From positions 1-64,000 of the forward strand of contig JBBDMM010000009.1 in assembly GCA_040878325.1 (NCBI GenBank): DNA of 64,000 nt, in the 5' to 3' direction. Below, one piece after another: positions 26,994 to 37,409 of the stretch (position 1 is the first letter of the stretch; each line of letters begins with the position of its first letter). The notes below the pieces were generated by a model, which saw nothing but the letters and a program-made list of their open reading frames with translations, searched no databases and was not told the origin of the DNA. Source of the DNA: Acidimicrobiia bacterium (lineage in GTDB: Bacteria > Actinomycetota > Acidimicrobiia > Spongiisociales > UBA11373). Made by a program: the position numbers and the translations under genes.

Positions 26994-29403
26994 GATGGTG
27001 AAGGTCACGATCGACGGGGTCGAGGTGGAGGTCCCGGCCGGCGAGCTGATCATCAAGGCCGCCCAGGATCACGGCACCTACATCCCCCGGTTCTGCTGGC
27101 ACCCGCGCATGGAGCCGGTGGGGATGTGCCGGATGTGCCTGGTCGAAGTGGAGACCCCGCGCGGCAAGGGCTTGATCACCGCCTGCACCCAGCGGGTGGC
27201 CGACGGCGTGGTGATCGACACCAAGTCGGAGGTCGTCAAGAAGGCGCAGGAAGGGGTGCTGGAGTTCCTCCTGATCAACCACCCCCTCGACTGCCCGGTG
27301 TGCGACCGCGGAGGTGAGTGCCCGCTCCAGGACCAGACCCTGTCGCACGGACCAGGCGAGAGTCGGTTCGTCGAAGAGAAACGTCACTTCGAGAAGCCGA
27401 TCCCGATCAGCGATCTGGTGATGCTCGACCGCGAGCGCTGCATCCTCTGTGCCCGGTGCACCCGATTCAGCGACGAGATCTCCGGCGACCCGCTCATCGA
27501 GTTCATCGATCGAGGGAACTACACCCAGATCAACACATTCCCCGACGAGCCGTTCTCCTCGTACTTCTCGGGCAACACCGTGCAGCTTTGCCCGGTAGGC
27601 GCACTCACGGCCACTCCCTACCGGTTCCGGGCAAGACCGTGGGACCTCGAGGCGGTAGAGAGCACCTGCACCATGTGCTCCGTGGGCTGCCGGGTGTCGG
27701 TACAGGCGAGTCAGAACGAGGTGCTCCGGCTGCTGGCGGTCGACTCCGAGCCCGTTGGCCACGGTTGGCTCTGCGACAAGGGTCGGTTCGGCTACGAGTA
27801 CTTGCGGTCCCCGGCCCGACTGGGGACGCCGCTCGTCCGTGGCGACGACGGTGAACTGCGCGAAGCAGCGTGGGGTGAGGCTCTGTCGGTGGCTGCGGAG
27901 GGGATCAAGGGAGTCGTCGCTCGCCATGGGGCGGGCGCGATCGCCGGGCTCGGTGGGGCTCGCAGCACCAACGAGGAGGCCTACGCCTTCGGCAAGCTGC
28001 TGCGGGGAGTGATCGGCACCGGCAACCTCGACGCCCGGGTGGGGGACGCCCTCGACCCGACGCTGATGGCCACCGGCGAAGCGCGCGGTCTGATCGGCGA
28101 CCTGGAGCGAGCCAAGACGGTGTTGGTGTGGGGGCCCGATCTGAAGGAAGAGCTTCCGGTCCTTTACCTGCGGGTTCGGCGGGCGGCGACTGCGCTCGGC
28201 GCCACCCTGATCGTCGTCCACCCGCGTGCCTCCGGCCTCGACCGCGAGGCGACCCACGTCGTGCGGTATCGGCCAGGCGAAGGCGCCGCGCTGCTCGATC
28301 GCCTGACTCGGGGCGACGGCGATCTCGCCGCGGTGCGTGAGGCCCTGACCGCCGGTCCCGTGGTGGCGATCGTGGGCCGGCCGGGCCTGGCCGAGTCGCC
28401 CGACCTGGCTGCGGCGGTGGCGGCGTTCGCCGCCGGACTCCCTGACGCATCGGTGCTGCCCGTCACTCGCAGGGGGAACGTCTACGGGGCGGTCGACATG
28501 GGAGTCGTCCCCGGTTTGTTGCCCGGCCGGGTGCTCGCCGACGAGGCGGGCCGCGACGAACTCGCCACCGCTTGGGGGCTGTCCGTCCCGGAGCCCGGTC
28601 GTGACGCCGACGGGATCCTGGCGGGTCTCGCCGACGGCTCGGTTCGCGGCCTCCTCCTGCTCGGGGCGGACCCCGCCGCCGACAATCCCGACCGGGCAGC
28701 CGCCGTGGCCGGCGCAGAGTTCGTGGTGTCTCTCGATCTGTTCGTGAACGACTCGAACCGGGCTGCCGACGTGATCCTCCCGGTGGACGGGTTCTCTGAG
28801 GTCGAGGGCACCGTCACCAACCTCGAGGGCCGGGTGCAGAAGGTGAACCGGGTCGCGCCGGGAATCGGTCAGTCACGCCAGGCCACCGAAGTGCTGGGCG
28901 ATCTCGCGGTACTGCTCGGCGGATCGCTGGGCGGCCCGGCGGATGCGCTGTTCAAGGAGATCTCCGCGGTGGCGCCGGCCTATAGGCATATCACCTGGGA
29001 CGGGCTGGCGTGGAGCGCCGGGCGCGACGGCATCCTCGCCTTGAATTCCGGGCTTCCCTTGCCCCGACCCGGCTCCGACATCGACTCTCCTGCGCCCGGT
29101 CTCGCGCTGCACCTGGGGAGGGTGCTCTATGACGCCGGGACGATGGTCACCTCGGGGCCGTCGCTGGCGAAGTTGGCGGCTCGTCCGATGGCGCACCTCC
29201 ATCCCGACGATGCGGCGCGTCTCGGGATCGCCGACGGAGGCTGGGCGAAGGTGGGCGCTGGTTCGGGTGAGGCGGTGCTCCCCGCGGCGATCGACCCATC
29301 GCTCGCTCCGGGGACGGTCTACGTGCCCCTCAACTTCGCCCTCGCCCTCAGCGGGAATTCGGTCGAGGTGTCCGCCGCGGCGGGTCCGGGGGAGGCGCCA
29401 TGA
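26986..29403 (+). CDS. nuoG: NADH-quinone oxidoreductase subunit G
   Basis: CRMC, NHPLDCPVCD, CILCARC, CTMCSVGC. Confidence 0.95.
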   Translation: MSEMVKVTIDGVEVEVPAGELIIKAAQDHGTYIPRFCWHPRMEPVGMCRMCLVEVETPRGKGLITACTQRVADGVVIDTKSEVVKKAQEGVLEFLLINHPLDCPVCDRGGECPLQDQTLSHGPGESRFVEEKRHFEKPIPISDLVMLDRERCILCARCTRFSDEISGDPLIEFIDRGNYTQINTFPDEPFSSYFSGNTVQLCPVGALTATPYRFRARPWDLEAVESTCTMCSVGCRVSVQASQNEVLRLLAVDSEPVGHGWLCDKGRFGYEYLRSPARLGTPLVRGDDGELREAAWGEALSVAAEGIKGVVARHGAGAIAGLGGARSTNEEAYAFGKLLRGVIGTGNLDARVGDALDPTLMATGEARGLIGDLERAKTVLVWGPDLKEELPVLYLRVRRAATALGATLIVVHPRASGLDREATHVVRYRPGEGAALLDRLTRGDGDLAAVREALTAGPVVAIVGRPGLAESPDLAAAVAAFAAGLPDASVLPVTRRGNVYGAVDMGVVPGLLPGRVLADEAGRDELATAWGLSVPEPGRDADGILAGLADGSVRGLLLLGADPAADNPDRAAAVAGAEFVVSLDLFVNDSNRAADVILPVDGFSEVEGTVTNLEGRVQKVNRVAPGIGQSRQATEVLGDLAVLLGGSLGGPADALFKEISAVAPAYRHITWDGLAWSAGRDGILALNSGLPLPRPGSDIDSPAPGLALHLGRVLYDAGTMVTSGPSLAKLAARPMAHLHPDDAARLGIADGGWAKVGAGSGEAVLPAAIDPSLAPGTVYVPLNFALALSGNSVEVSAAAGPGEAP

Positions 29404-30524
29404 CTTCGTTTCTCGACGGCCTGTTCGAAAATGTCTTCTGGTCGGCGGCGATCAAAGTGGTGGTGGCGTTCGGGCTGCTGGTGGTCAACACGCTGCTCCT
29501 CGTGTGGTTCGAGCGCCGGGTGGTGGCGTTCATGCAGAACCGCATCGGCCCCAACCGCGCCGGGCCCTTCGGAATCCTCCAGACCCTGGCCGACGGGCTC
29601 AAACTGTTCTTCAAGGAGCAGATCACCCCCCGCAAGGTGGAACTGGGGATGTATCTGCTGGCGCCGATGGCGGCGCTGCTCCCCGCGTTCCTCATCTTCC
29701 TGGTAGTTCCGTTTGGGGCGCCGATCACCATCGGCGAGACCACCGTGACCCTCCAGGGCACCGACCTCAATGTGGGGCTGCTGTTCATCCTGGCGATGTC
29801 GTCGCTGGCGGTGTACTCGATCGTCCTCGCCGGTTGGGCATCCGGCTCCAAGTACCCGCTGCTGGGCGGGGTGCGGGCCACCGCGCAGATGATCTCCTAC
29901 GAGGCGGCGATGGGCCTGGCATTGGTGCCGGTGGTGGTGCTCGCCGCGGTCAACCTGGGCGAGGGCGGGGTGGGGTCGATGTCCCTCGCCACGATTGTCG
30001 AACTCCAGCAGGGCTCCTTCCGGGGGCTGATCCCCGGGTGGTTCGTCTTCTGGCTCCTACCCTCGTTTCTCATCTTCTTGGTGGCCGGGGTGGCCGAGAC
30101 CAACCGGGCGCCCTTCGACCTGGTCGAGGCCGAGTCGGAGATCGTCGGCGGATACCACACGGAGTACTCGGGGATCAGGTTCGCCCTGTTCTTCCTCGCC
30201 GAGTACGTCAACATGTTCAACGTCTCGGCGATCGCGGTGACCCTGTTCCTGGGCGGATGGCTCGGCCCCGACCTCGGCCTGCCTTCGGGGCTTGCCTGGG
30301 TGATGCCGATCTTCTGGTTCTTCGCGAAGACCTACGCGCTGCTCTTCGTGTTCGTATGGCTGCGGGCCACCCTTCCCCGGATGCGCTACGACCAACTGAT
30401 GTCCTTCGGGTGGAAGCGGATGATCCCCTTCAGCATCGGCTGGCTGGTCCTCTTCTCGCTGGTGATGGCCCTCGACAACTTCGGATGGCCAGTAGAAGTC
30501 CCGGAGTGGTTCCCATGGGCATAA
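29400..30524 (+). CDS. nuoH: NADH-quinone oxidoreductase subunit H
   Basis: RIGPN, ADGLKL, ETNRAPFDL, RYDQL. Confidence 0.96.
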   Translation: MTSFLDGLFENVFWSAAIKVVVAFGLLVVNTLLLVWFERRVVAFMQNRIGPNRAGPFGILQTLADGLKLFFKEQITPRKVELGMYLLAPMAALLPAFLIFLVVPFGAPITIGETTVTLQGTDLNVGLLFILAMSSLAVYSIVLAGWASGSKYPLLGGVRATAQMISYEAAMGLALVPVVVLAAVNLGEGGVGSMSLATIVELQQGSFRGLIPGWFVFWLLPSFLIFLVAGVAETNRAPFDLVEAESEIVGGYHTEYSGIRFALFFLAEYVNMFNVSAIAVTLFLGGWLGPDLGLPSGLAWVMPIFWFFAKTYALLFVFVWLRATLPRMRYDQLMSFGWKRMIPFSIGWLVLFSLVMALDNFGWPVEVPEWFPWA

Positions 30525-30665
30525 CTCGCCTCCCGCCACCCGCCTCCCGCCCCCCGCAGGAACCGGCGATCGCGTTCGTAGAGCATGAACCGTCTCTTGC
30601 TGAAGGCGGAGGGCTGAAGGCGGAGGGCCCTCTTCCTGGCGACTGGAGACTGGCGACTGGGGACT
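30525..30665. repeat. Composite heptamer element: CCCGCCN x4 / TGAAGGC-GGAGGGC x2 / CTGGNGA x4
   Basis: Between nuoH and nuoI. Confidence 0.85.
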
Positions 30666-30669
30666 CAAC

Positions 30670-31404
30670 ATGAGCCGTCTCGGCCCCCTCGAAGGCTTCG
30701 CCATCACTCTCAGGCAGATCTTCAAGAAGAAGGTCACCACTCAGTACCCGAAGGAGAAGCGGGTCAAGCCGCAGCGGTTCCACGGGCGGCATGTGCTGAA
30801 CCGCTATCCGGACGGGATGGAGAAGTGCATCGGCTGCGAGCTGTGCGCCGGGGTGTGCCCGGCCCGCTGCATCTACGTGCGTGGCAAGGAAAACCCGCCC
30901 GACGCCCCGGTGAGCCCCGGGGAGCGGTACGGCTTCATCTACGAGATCAACATGCTCCGCTGCATCTTCTGCGCACTGTGCGTCGAGGCGTGCCCCACCG
31001 AGGCGATCACGATGAGCCAGTTGTTCGAGATGTCGGTGACCAACCGGGACGATGCCATCTACACCCGGGACGAGCTGCTGATGGACGAGCACGGCAACGT
31101 CCCCCATCCGGAGGCGGACAGCATCCTCATCGACAAGGGAGAGCTGCTGCTGTCCGACGGCTGGATGCGGGCCACCTCGCCATCCGGCCGGGCCGCCTAC
31201 GAGGGTGTGGTGGCCTGGACGCCGACGGCGGGGGTGGGGATTCGACCGCCGGAGAGGGGGCAGAGTGGAAGTCTCCAGTCTCCAGTCTCCGGTCTCCAGG
31301 ACACGGAGGGCCTCCCGCCTCCCGCTTCCCGCCTCCCGCAAGAGGAAGAAGGAGAAGATGCGGACGGCGCTGGGAGTGGGTCCGGGACTGGGGACGAGTC
31401 CTGA
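30670..31404 (+). CDS. nuoI: NADH-quinone oxidoreductase subunit I (repeat-derived C-terminal tail)
   Basis: CIGCELCAGVCP and CIFCALCVEACP. Confidence 0.95.
   Translation: MSRLGPLEGFAITLRQIFKKKVTTQYPKEKRVKPQRFHGRHVLNRYPDGMEKCIGCELCAGVCPARCIYVRGKENPPDAPVSPGERYGFIYEINMLRCIFCALCVEACPTEAITMSQLFEMSVTNRDDAIYTRDELLMDEHGNVPHPEADSILIDKGELLLSDGWMRATSPSGRAAYEGVVAWTPTAGVGIRPPERGQSGSLQSPVSGLQDTEGLPPPASRLPQEEEGEDADGAGSGSGTGDES
31270..31339. repeat. Heptamer arrays inside the nuoI 3' end (AGTCTCC x4; CCTCCCG x4)
   Basis: Translated as SLQSPVSGLQ and LPPPASRLP. Confidence 0.85.
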
Positions 31405-31922
31405 TGGTGGAACTCGTGCTGTTCGTCATCTTTGGGACTGCGGCGCTCTTTGGGGCGGTCAGCATGGTTTGGGCTCGGAATCCGGTGTATTCGGCGATGG
31501 GGTTGATGCTCACCATGTTTTCGGTGGCGGTGTTCTATGTGTCGAACGCCGCCCACTTCATCGCGGTGGTCCAGGTGATCATCTATGCCGGGGCGGTGAT
31601 GACGCTGTTCCTCTTCGTGATCATGCTGATCGGGGTCGACCGCGAGGAGCACCGCCGCGAGTCGATCCCTTTCCACCGGCCGATCGCGCTCGTGGTCCTG
31701 GCCCTCTTCGGGGCGGGGGTGCTGGTGGCGGGCCGGGTCGCCTGGGTGACCGGGCCGACCACGGCGGGTGAGCCGATCAACGGGACCGTCGAGGTGATCG
31801 GCGAAGAATTGTTCCGCAAATGGGTGCTGCCGTTCGAGGTGACCGCCCTGCTGTTGATCATCGCCTCCGTTGGTGCCATCGGCCTGGCGCTTTTCAAGGG
31901 GGACCGGGAGGCCGGGTCATGA
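31404..31922 (+). CDS. nuoJ: NADH-quinone oxidoreductase subunit J
   Basis: [25 protein letters not shown]. Confidence 0.95.
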   Translation: MVELVLFVIFGTAALFGAVSMVWARNPVYSAMGLMLTMFSVAVFYVSNAAHFIAVVQVIIYAGAVMTLFLFVIMLIGVDREEHRRESIPFHRPIALVVLALFGAGVLVAGRVAWVTGPTTAGEPINGTVEVIGEELFRKWVLPFEVTALLLIIASVGAIGLALFKGDREAGS

Positions 31923-32224
31923 TCGTCACCCCCGGCTGGTACATGGCGCTCGCCGCGGTGCTGTTCCTGATAGGCGCGTCCGGCATCCTCCTCCGCCGCA
32001 ATGCCCTGGTGATGTTCATGTCGATCGAGTTGATGCTCAACGCGGTCAACCTCACCTTCGTGGCGGCCGGTCGCGAGCTGAACCTCATCGACGGCCAGAT
32101 CTCGGTGCTGTTCGTGATGGTGGTGGCCGCCGCCGAGGTGGTCGTGGGCCTGGCGATCATCGTCGCGGTGTTCCGCCGCCGGAGCACCGCCTCCGTCGAC
32201 GAGTTGGCGGAGTTGAAGGGCTGA
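31919..32224 (+). CDS. nuoK: NADH-quinone oxidoreductase subunit K
   Basis: [22 protein letters not shown]. Confidence 0.95.
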   Translation: MIVTPGWYMALAAVLFLIGASGILLRRNALVMFMSIELMLNAVNLTFVAAGRELNLIDGQISVLFVMVVAAAEVVVGLAIIVAVFRRRSTASVDELAELKG

Positions 32225-34092
32225 TGGAGTCGCTGGTCACCCTCGCCGTGCTCCTGCCCCTCGCCGGGACCGTTCTGCTCGCCGGGTTCGGCCGACGGCT
32301 CCCCGAGCCGCTCGCCGGCGTGGTCGGCACCCTCACGGTGGCCGGATCGTTCGGGTGCGTCGCCCTCGCCTCGTTGGACTTCTTCGCCGGTTCGGGTGAA
32401 CCTCTGGTGGTCACCTGGTTCGAGTGGTTCCCCGCCTTCGGGGTGGACGTCGCCTTCCACTTCGACCAGCTTTCTGCGTTGATGACCCTGGTGGTCACCG
32501 GCGTGGGCACGCTGATCCACCTCTACTCGATCGGGTACATGCATGGCGACCCGCGGTTCGGGCAGTTCTTCACCTACTTGAACCTGTTCATCACCTCCAT
32601 GCTGATCCTGGTGCTTGCCGGCAACTTCGCGGTGATGTTCGTGGGGTGGGAACTGGTCGGTCTGTGCTCGTACCTTTTGATCTCGTTCTGGTTCGAACGC
32701 GAGACCGCGGCCGCGGCGGGGAAGAAGGCGTTCGTGGTCAACCGGGTGGGCGACCTCGGGTTCCTCGTGGCGATGATGATCGTGTTCGTCACCTTCGGTA
32801 CCTTCGACTTCGGCGAGGTGTTCGCCGCCGCCCCGTCGGTGCTCACCACCGGGACCGCCACCGCCATCGGACTCCTGCTGCTCTTGGGCGCCGCCGGCAA
32901 GTCGGCGCAGCTGCCCCTCTATGTGTGGCTGCCCGACGCGATGGAGGGCCCCACCCCGGTGTCGGCCCTGATCCACGCCGCCACCATGGTCACCGCCGGT
33001 GTCTACCTGGTGGCCCGCACCGGGGTGATCTTCGAGCTGGCTCCGGTGGCCGCCGCGGTGGTTGCCATCGTCGGCACCGCAACCGCGCTGTTCGCCGCCA
33101 CCATCGCCGTGGCCCAGGCCGACATCAAACGGGTGCTGGCCTACTCGACGATCAGCCAACTCGGCTTCATGTTCATGTCCGTGGGCGCCGCCGCCCATGT
33201 GGCGGGCATGTTCCATCTGATGACCCACGCCTTCTTCAAGGCACTGCTCTTCCTCGGCGCCGGTTCGGTGATCCACGGGATGCATGACGAGCAGGACATG
33301 ACCCGGATGGGCGGCCTCGCCCGGAAGATGCCGGTGACCTTCGCCACGATGGCGATCGGCTGGCTCGCCATCTCCGGCATCCCGCCGCTGGCCGGCTTCT
33401 GGTCGAAGGATGAGATCCTTGGCGCGGTGTTCGAGCGAGGTGGGTTGTGGACAGTCCTCTGGGGCGTCGGGATCTTCACCGCGCTGCTCACCGCCTTCTA
33501 CATGACCCGGATGATGTGGCTCACCTTCTTCGGTGCCCCTCGGTGGGCCGATGGGGTGGAGCCACACGAATCCCCGCGAGTGATGACCGTGCCGTTGATG
33601 GCGTTGGCCGGGCTCTCCATCGTCGGTGGCCTGGTCAACACTCCGTTCCGCACATCGCTCGAGCACTTCCTCGCTCCGGCTTTCGCCGCCGTCCACCTGA
33701 GCCATCCTCCCGAGGGTGCCGCTGCCTGGATCCTCGCCGGGATCTCGGTGGTGGCCGCGGTGGCCGGCATAGGGATGGCCGCCCTGCGCTACCGCGACCG
33801 AATCCCTGCCGAGCAAGGGCTGGGATGGCGAGTCCTCAGCCGCGGCTACTACCTCGACGACGTGTACGGCCAGGTGTTCGCCCGCTCTGGCAAACTCGGC
33901 GCCGCCTGGCTGGCGTTCCGCTTCGATTCGCGCGGCATCGACGGCGCAGTGGAAGGCGTAGGCGGCCTCACCCGTCGGGTCGCCTCCTGGCTCCGCCCCC
34001 TCCAAACCGGCTTCGTCCGCTCCTACGGCGTAGCAATCCTCCTCGGCGGAGTGGCCCTACTGGCGTGGTTCTTGAGTAGGGGGGCGCTGTGA
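32224..34092 (+). CDS. nuoL: NADH-quinone oxidoreductase subunit L
   Basis: GKSAQLPLYVWLPDAMEGPTPVSALIHAATMV. Confidence 0.96.
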   Translation: MESLVTLAVLLPLAGTVLLAGFGRRLPEPLAGVVGTLTVAGSFGCVALASLDFFAGSGEPLVVTWFEWFPAFGVDVAFHFDQLSALMTLVVTGVGTLIHLYSIGYMHGDPRFGQFFTYLNLFITSMLILVLAGNFAVMFVGWELVGLCSYLLISFWFERETAAAAGKKAFVVNRVGDLGFLVAMMIVFVTFGTFDFGEVFAAAPSVLTTGTATAIGLLLLLGAAGKSAQLPLYVWLPDAMEGPTPVSALIHAATMVTAGVYLVARTGVIFELAPVAAAVVAIVGTATALFAATIAVAQADIKRVLAYSTISQLGFMFMSVGAAAHVAGMFHLMTHAFFKALLFLGAGSVIHGMHDEQDMTRMGGLARKMPVTFATMAIGWLAISGIPPLAGFWSKDEILGAVFERGGLWTVLWGVGIFTALLTAFYMTRMMWLTFFGAPRWADGVEPHESPRVMTVPLMALAGLSIVGGLVNTPFRTSLEHFLAPAFAAVHLSHPPEGAAAWILAGISVVAAVAGIGMAALRYRDRIPAEQGLGWRVLSRGYYLDDVYGQVFARSGKLGAAWLAFRFDSRGIDGAVEGVGGLTRRVASWLRPLQTGFVRSYGVAILLGGVALLAWFLSRGAL

Positions 34093-34252
34093 GTCTCCAG
34101 TCTCCAGTCTCCAGTCTCCAGCAAGAGATGCGATCGGGCGTTTCGCAGCTCGCCACGCCTTCCGCCTTCCGCCTTCCGCAAGACCCGCGCCTGCAGCACC
34201 GAACCCGATCACCCGTTCCCGCTGGAGACTGGCGACTGGAGACTGGAGACTG
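34092..34252. repeat. Composite heptamer element: AGTCTCC x4 / GCCTTCC x3 / CTGG(A/C)GA x4
   Basis: Fills the whole nuoL-nuoM gap; outer arrays inverted. Confidence 0.92.
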
Positions 34253-35752
34253 ATGGACTTCCCCATCCTCTCCACCATCATCCTCCTCCCCATTGCCGGG
34301 GCGATTGTTGTGATGTTCTTGCCTTCGCGGCGGCCGGAGTTGGTGTTGCCGGTGGCGATCGCAGGATCGTTGGTGACTCTGGGCGCCGTCGGGTGGTTGC
34401 TGGTCGAGTTCGAGGCGGGGGAGGCCGGGTTCCAGTTCGTCGAGCAGGTCTCCTGGTACGCCGACTGGGGTGTCGGCTGGCATGTCGGGGTGGACGGGAT
34501 CTCGCTGCTGCTGGTGGCGCTCACCGCGCTGTTGTTCCCGATCAGCCTCGCTGCCTCCACCGGAATCACCCATCGGGTCCGCGAGTACGCCGCGTCGATG
34601 CTGTTCCTCGAGGCGGGGATCCTCGGGGTGTTCCTCTGCCTCGACCTCCTGGTCTTCTTCATCTTCTGGGAGGCGATGCTCGTCCCGATGTACTTCATCA
34701 TCGGGATCTGGGGCGGCGAGCGCCGGGTCCACGCCGCCATCAAGTTCTTCCTCTACACCGCGCTGGGGTCGGCGTTGATGCTGTCCGGAATCATCTTCCT
34801 CGGCCTCACCGGCGGGGAGGGTGGTCCCACCTTCGACTTCGTGGAGCTGCTCGGCGCCGACCTCTCCCGCACCACTCAGTTCTGGCTGTTCGCCGCGTTC
34901 GGCCTCTCGTTCGCCATCAAGGTGCCGGTGTTCCCGTTCCACACCTGGCTCCCCGACGCCCATGTCGAAGCGCCCACCGCCGGCTCGGTGATCCTGGCGG
35001 GCGTGCTGCTCAAGCTGGGCGCCTACGGGCTGCTCCGCTTCAACCTCACGCTGTTCCCCGAGGCGGCCGTGGAGTTGGTGCCGGTGCTGGCGGTGCTCGC
35101 CGTGATCGGCATCGTCTACGGGGCGATCGTCGCCATCGTCCAGACCGACATCAAGCGGCTGGTGGCGTACTCGTCGGTGAGCCACCTCGGCTTCGTCGTT
35201 CTCGGCATCTTCGCCCTCACCTCCCACGGCCTCCAGGGGAGCGTGTTGCAGATGGTGAACCACGGCCTCACCACCGGCGCTCTCTTCCTGTTGGTCGGCA
35301 TGATCTACGAGCGCCGCCACACCCGCGAGATCTCCCAGTTCGGCGGCCTGGCCACGGTGATGCCCCGCTACGCCGCCGCCTTCCTGTTCGTCGCCTTCGC
35401 CTCGATCGGTCTCCCCGGCCTCAACGGGTTCGTTGGCGAATTCTTCATCCTCATCGGCGCGTATCTGTCGCTGCCCGTCTACACCATCGTCGGCGCCAGC
35501 GGGGTGGTCCTCGCCGCGGTGTACCTGTTGTGGGCCTACCAGCGGATGTTCACCGGCCCGATCGTCGTCGAAGAGAACCGGGCGCTGCGCGACATCGGGT
35601 TCCGCGAGGTGGCGATCCTCGCCCCCCTGCTCGCCCTCATCCTCTTTCTCGGCATCTACCCCAAGCCCGCCCTCGACCGAATCGAGCCCTCAGTGAACCG
35701 GGTACTGGAACGGATAGAGCAGAGCACCGAGTACGAGGTTCCGCAGCCATGA
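34253..35752 (+). CDS. nuoM: NADH-quinone oxidoreductase subunit M
   Basis: HTWLPDAHVEAPT, YSSVSH, GLPGLNGFVGE. Confidence 0.96.
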   Translation: MDFPILSTIILLPIAGAIVVMFLPSRRPELVLPVAIAGSLVTLGAVGWLLVEFEAGEAGFQFVEQVSWYADWGVGWHVGVDGISLLLVALTALLFPISLAASTGITHRVREYAASMLFLEAGILGVFLCLDLLVFFIFWEAMLVPMYFIIGIWGGERRVHAAIKFFLYTALGSALMLSGIIFLGLTGGEGGPTFDFVELLGADLSRTTQFWLFAAFGLSFAIKVPVFPFHTWLPDAHVEAPTAGSVILAGVLLKLGAYGLLRFNLTLFPEAAVELVPVLAVLAVIGIVYGAIVAIVQTDIKRLVAYSSVSHLGFVVLGIFALTSHGLQGSVLQMVNHGLTTGALFLLVGMIYERRHTREISQFGGLATVMPRYAAAFLFVAFASIGLPGLNGFVGEFFILIGAYLSLPVYTIVGASGVVLAAVYLLWAYQRMFTGPIVVEENRALRDIGFREVAILAPLLALILFLGIYPKPALDRIEPSVNRVLERIEQSTEYEVPQP

Positions 35753-35936
35753 GTCTCCAGTCTCCAGTCTCCAGTCTCCAGTCCCCAGAGCGTCCTCCTC
35801 CGTGCCGAAGGCACGGGGGAGGTGGCGCCGCCATCGGGCAGCCTTCGGCCGCCTGGGGCGGTGACGGAGGGGGCAGCGGAGACAGCGTGCGCGCCGGCGC
35901 GCTCTTGCCAATCGCCAATCGCCAATCGCCAATTGC
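35752..35936. repeat. Heptamer arrays AGTCTCC x5 and GCCAATC x4
   Basis: Between nuoM and nuoN. Confidence 0.88.
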
Positions 35937-35954
35937 TCGCCCGAAGGGCAAATC

Positions 35955-37409
35955 GTGAACCTCGACCTCCTCGCCATCGCTCCCGAAGCCATCCTCACCT
36001 TGGCCGTCGTCGTGCTGCTGCTCGTCGATGTGCAGTTTCATCCGGGGCACCGGTGGTGGGGGTTAGCGGCGGGGTTGGGGCTGTTTGGCGCCACTGCCGC
36101 CTCCGTGCTGCAGTGGGTCGATTTCCGGGGCGCCGACGGCGAGGCGTTCTTCGGCGGGATGATGCTGGTGGACGGGTTCTCGTCTTTCGCCGGCATGGTG
36201 ATCTTCCCGCTTACCGGCCTCGCGCTGATGACGGCGTGGCCGCTGGTGCGGCGGCTCGAGGGGCGGGGCGCCGAATTCGTCACCTTGGTGCTGATCGCCG
36301 CAACCGGGGCCGATCTGATGGCGGGCGCCGGCAACCTGGTGATGCTGTTCGTCGGCCTCGAGGTGTTCTCGATCAGCCTCTATGTGCTCGCCGGCTTCAC
36401 TCGCGACCGGGTGGACTCCGATGAGGCGGCGCTGAAGTACTTCCTGCTCGGCGGCCTGGCTTCGGCGATCTTCCTCTACGGCGTGGCGCTGGTGTTCGCC
36501 GCCACCGGGTCGCTGTCGATCAACGGGATCGGGGAGTACCTGGACACCACGGTGCTCCTGCGGCCGGGGATCCTCCTCGCCGGGATCGCCCTGCTGGTGG
36601 TGGGCCTCGGCTTCAAGGTGTCGGCGGCGCCCTTCCATGTGTGGGCCCCCGACGTTTATCAGGGGGCGCCGGGCGCAGTCACCGGCTTCCTCGCTTCCAG
36701 CGCCAAGGTGGCGGGCTTCGCCGCCCTCGCCCGGGTGCTGACGGTGGCACTCGGTGCCCGTATCGACGACTGGGCGCCGGCGGTGGCGGTGATCGCCGCC
36801 TTGTCGATCGTGATCGGCACCCTGCTCGCCCTTGCCCAGACCGACCTGAAGCGGATGCTGGCCTACTCCTCGGTCGCCCATGCCGGGTTCATTCTCAGCG
36901 CGCTGGTCGCCGGCGCCTCGGGGGTGCCTGACATGTGGTTCTACGTCGCCACCTATTCGGTCCAGGTGCTGGCGGCCTTTGCGGTTGCCGCGGTGGTGTC
37001 AGGTCCTGCGGTGGGCCGGGCGCCGCTCACCGACTACGCCGGCTTGTCGGCGCGATCACCCTTCCTGGCGGCGATGCTCGGGCTGACGATGCTGGCGATG
37101 GGCGGTATCCCGGTGACCGCCGGGTTCGTGGGCAAGGTGGCGGTGTTCCGTTCGGCGATCGACGCCGGCTACCTGTGGCTGGTGATCACCGGCGTGGTGG
37201 CCACCGTTGCTGGTTTGTTCTTCTACCTTCGGGTCATCGTGCTGATGTACATGCAGCCTGCCGCCGAGCCTCCGGGCACTCCGGGGGGGCGATTGTCCGT
37301 GCCGCTGGGGGCAGGGATCGCGCTGACGATGGCTGCGCTAGTCACCCTCCTGGCCGGGCTGGTGCCCTGGCCACTGCTCGAATGGCTGCGGGATGCGCTC
37401 CCGCTCTGA
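35955..37409 (+). CDS. nuoN: NADH-quinone oxidoreductase subunit N
   Basis: EAALKYF, FKVSAAPFHVWAPDVYQGAP, KRMLAYSS. Confidence 0.96.
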   Translation: MNLDLLAIAPEAILTLAVVVLLLVDVQFHPGHRWWGLAAGLGLFGATAASVLQWVDFRGADGEAFFGGMMLVDGFSSFAGMVIFPLTGLALMTAWPLVRRLEGRGAEFVTLVLIAATGADLMAGAGNLVMLFVGLEVFSISLYVLAGFTRDRVDSDEAALKYFLLGGLASAIFLYGVALVFAATGSLSINGIGEYLDTTVLLRPGILLAGIALLVVGLGFKVSAAPFHVWAPDVYQGAPGAVTGFLASSAKVAGFAALARVLTVALGARIDDWAPAVAVIAALSIVIGTLLALAQTDLKRMLAYSSVAHAGFILSALVAGASGVPDMWFYVATYSVQVLAAFAVAAVVSGPAVGRAPLTDYAGLSARSPFLAAMLGLTMLAMGGIPVTAGFVGKVAVFRSAIDAGYLWLVITGVVATVAGLFFYLRVIVLMYMQPAAEPPGTPGGRLSVPLGAGIALTMAALVTLLAGLVPWPLLEWLRDALPL

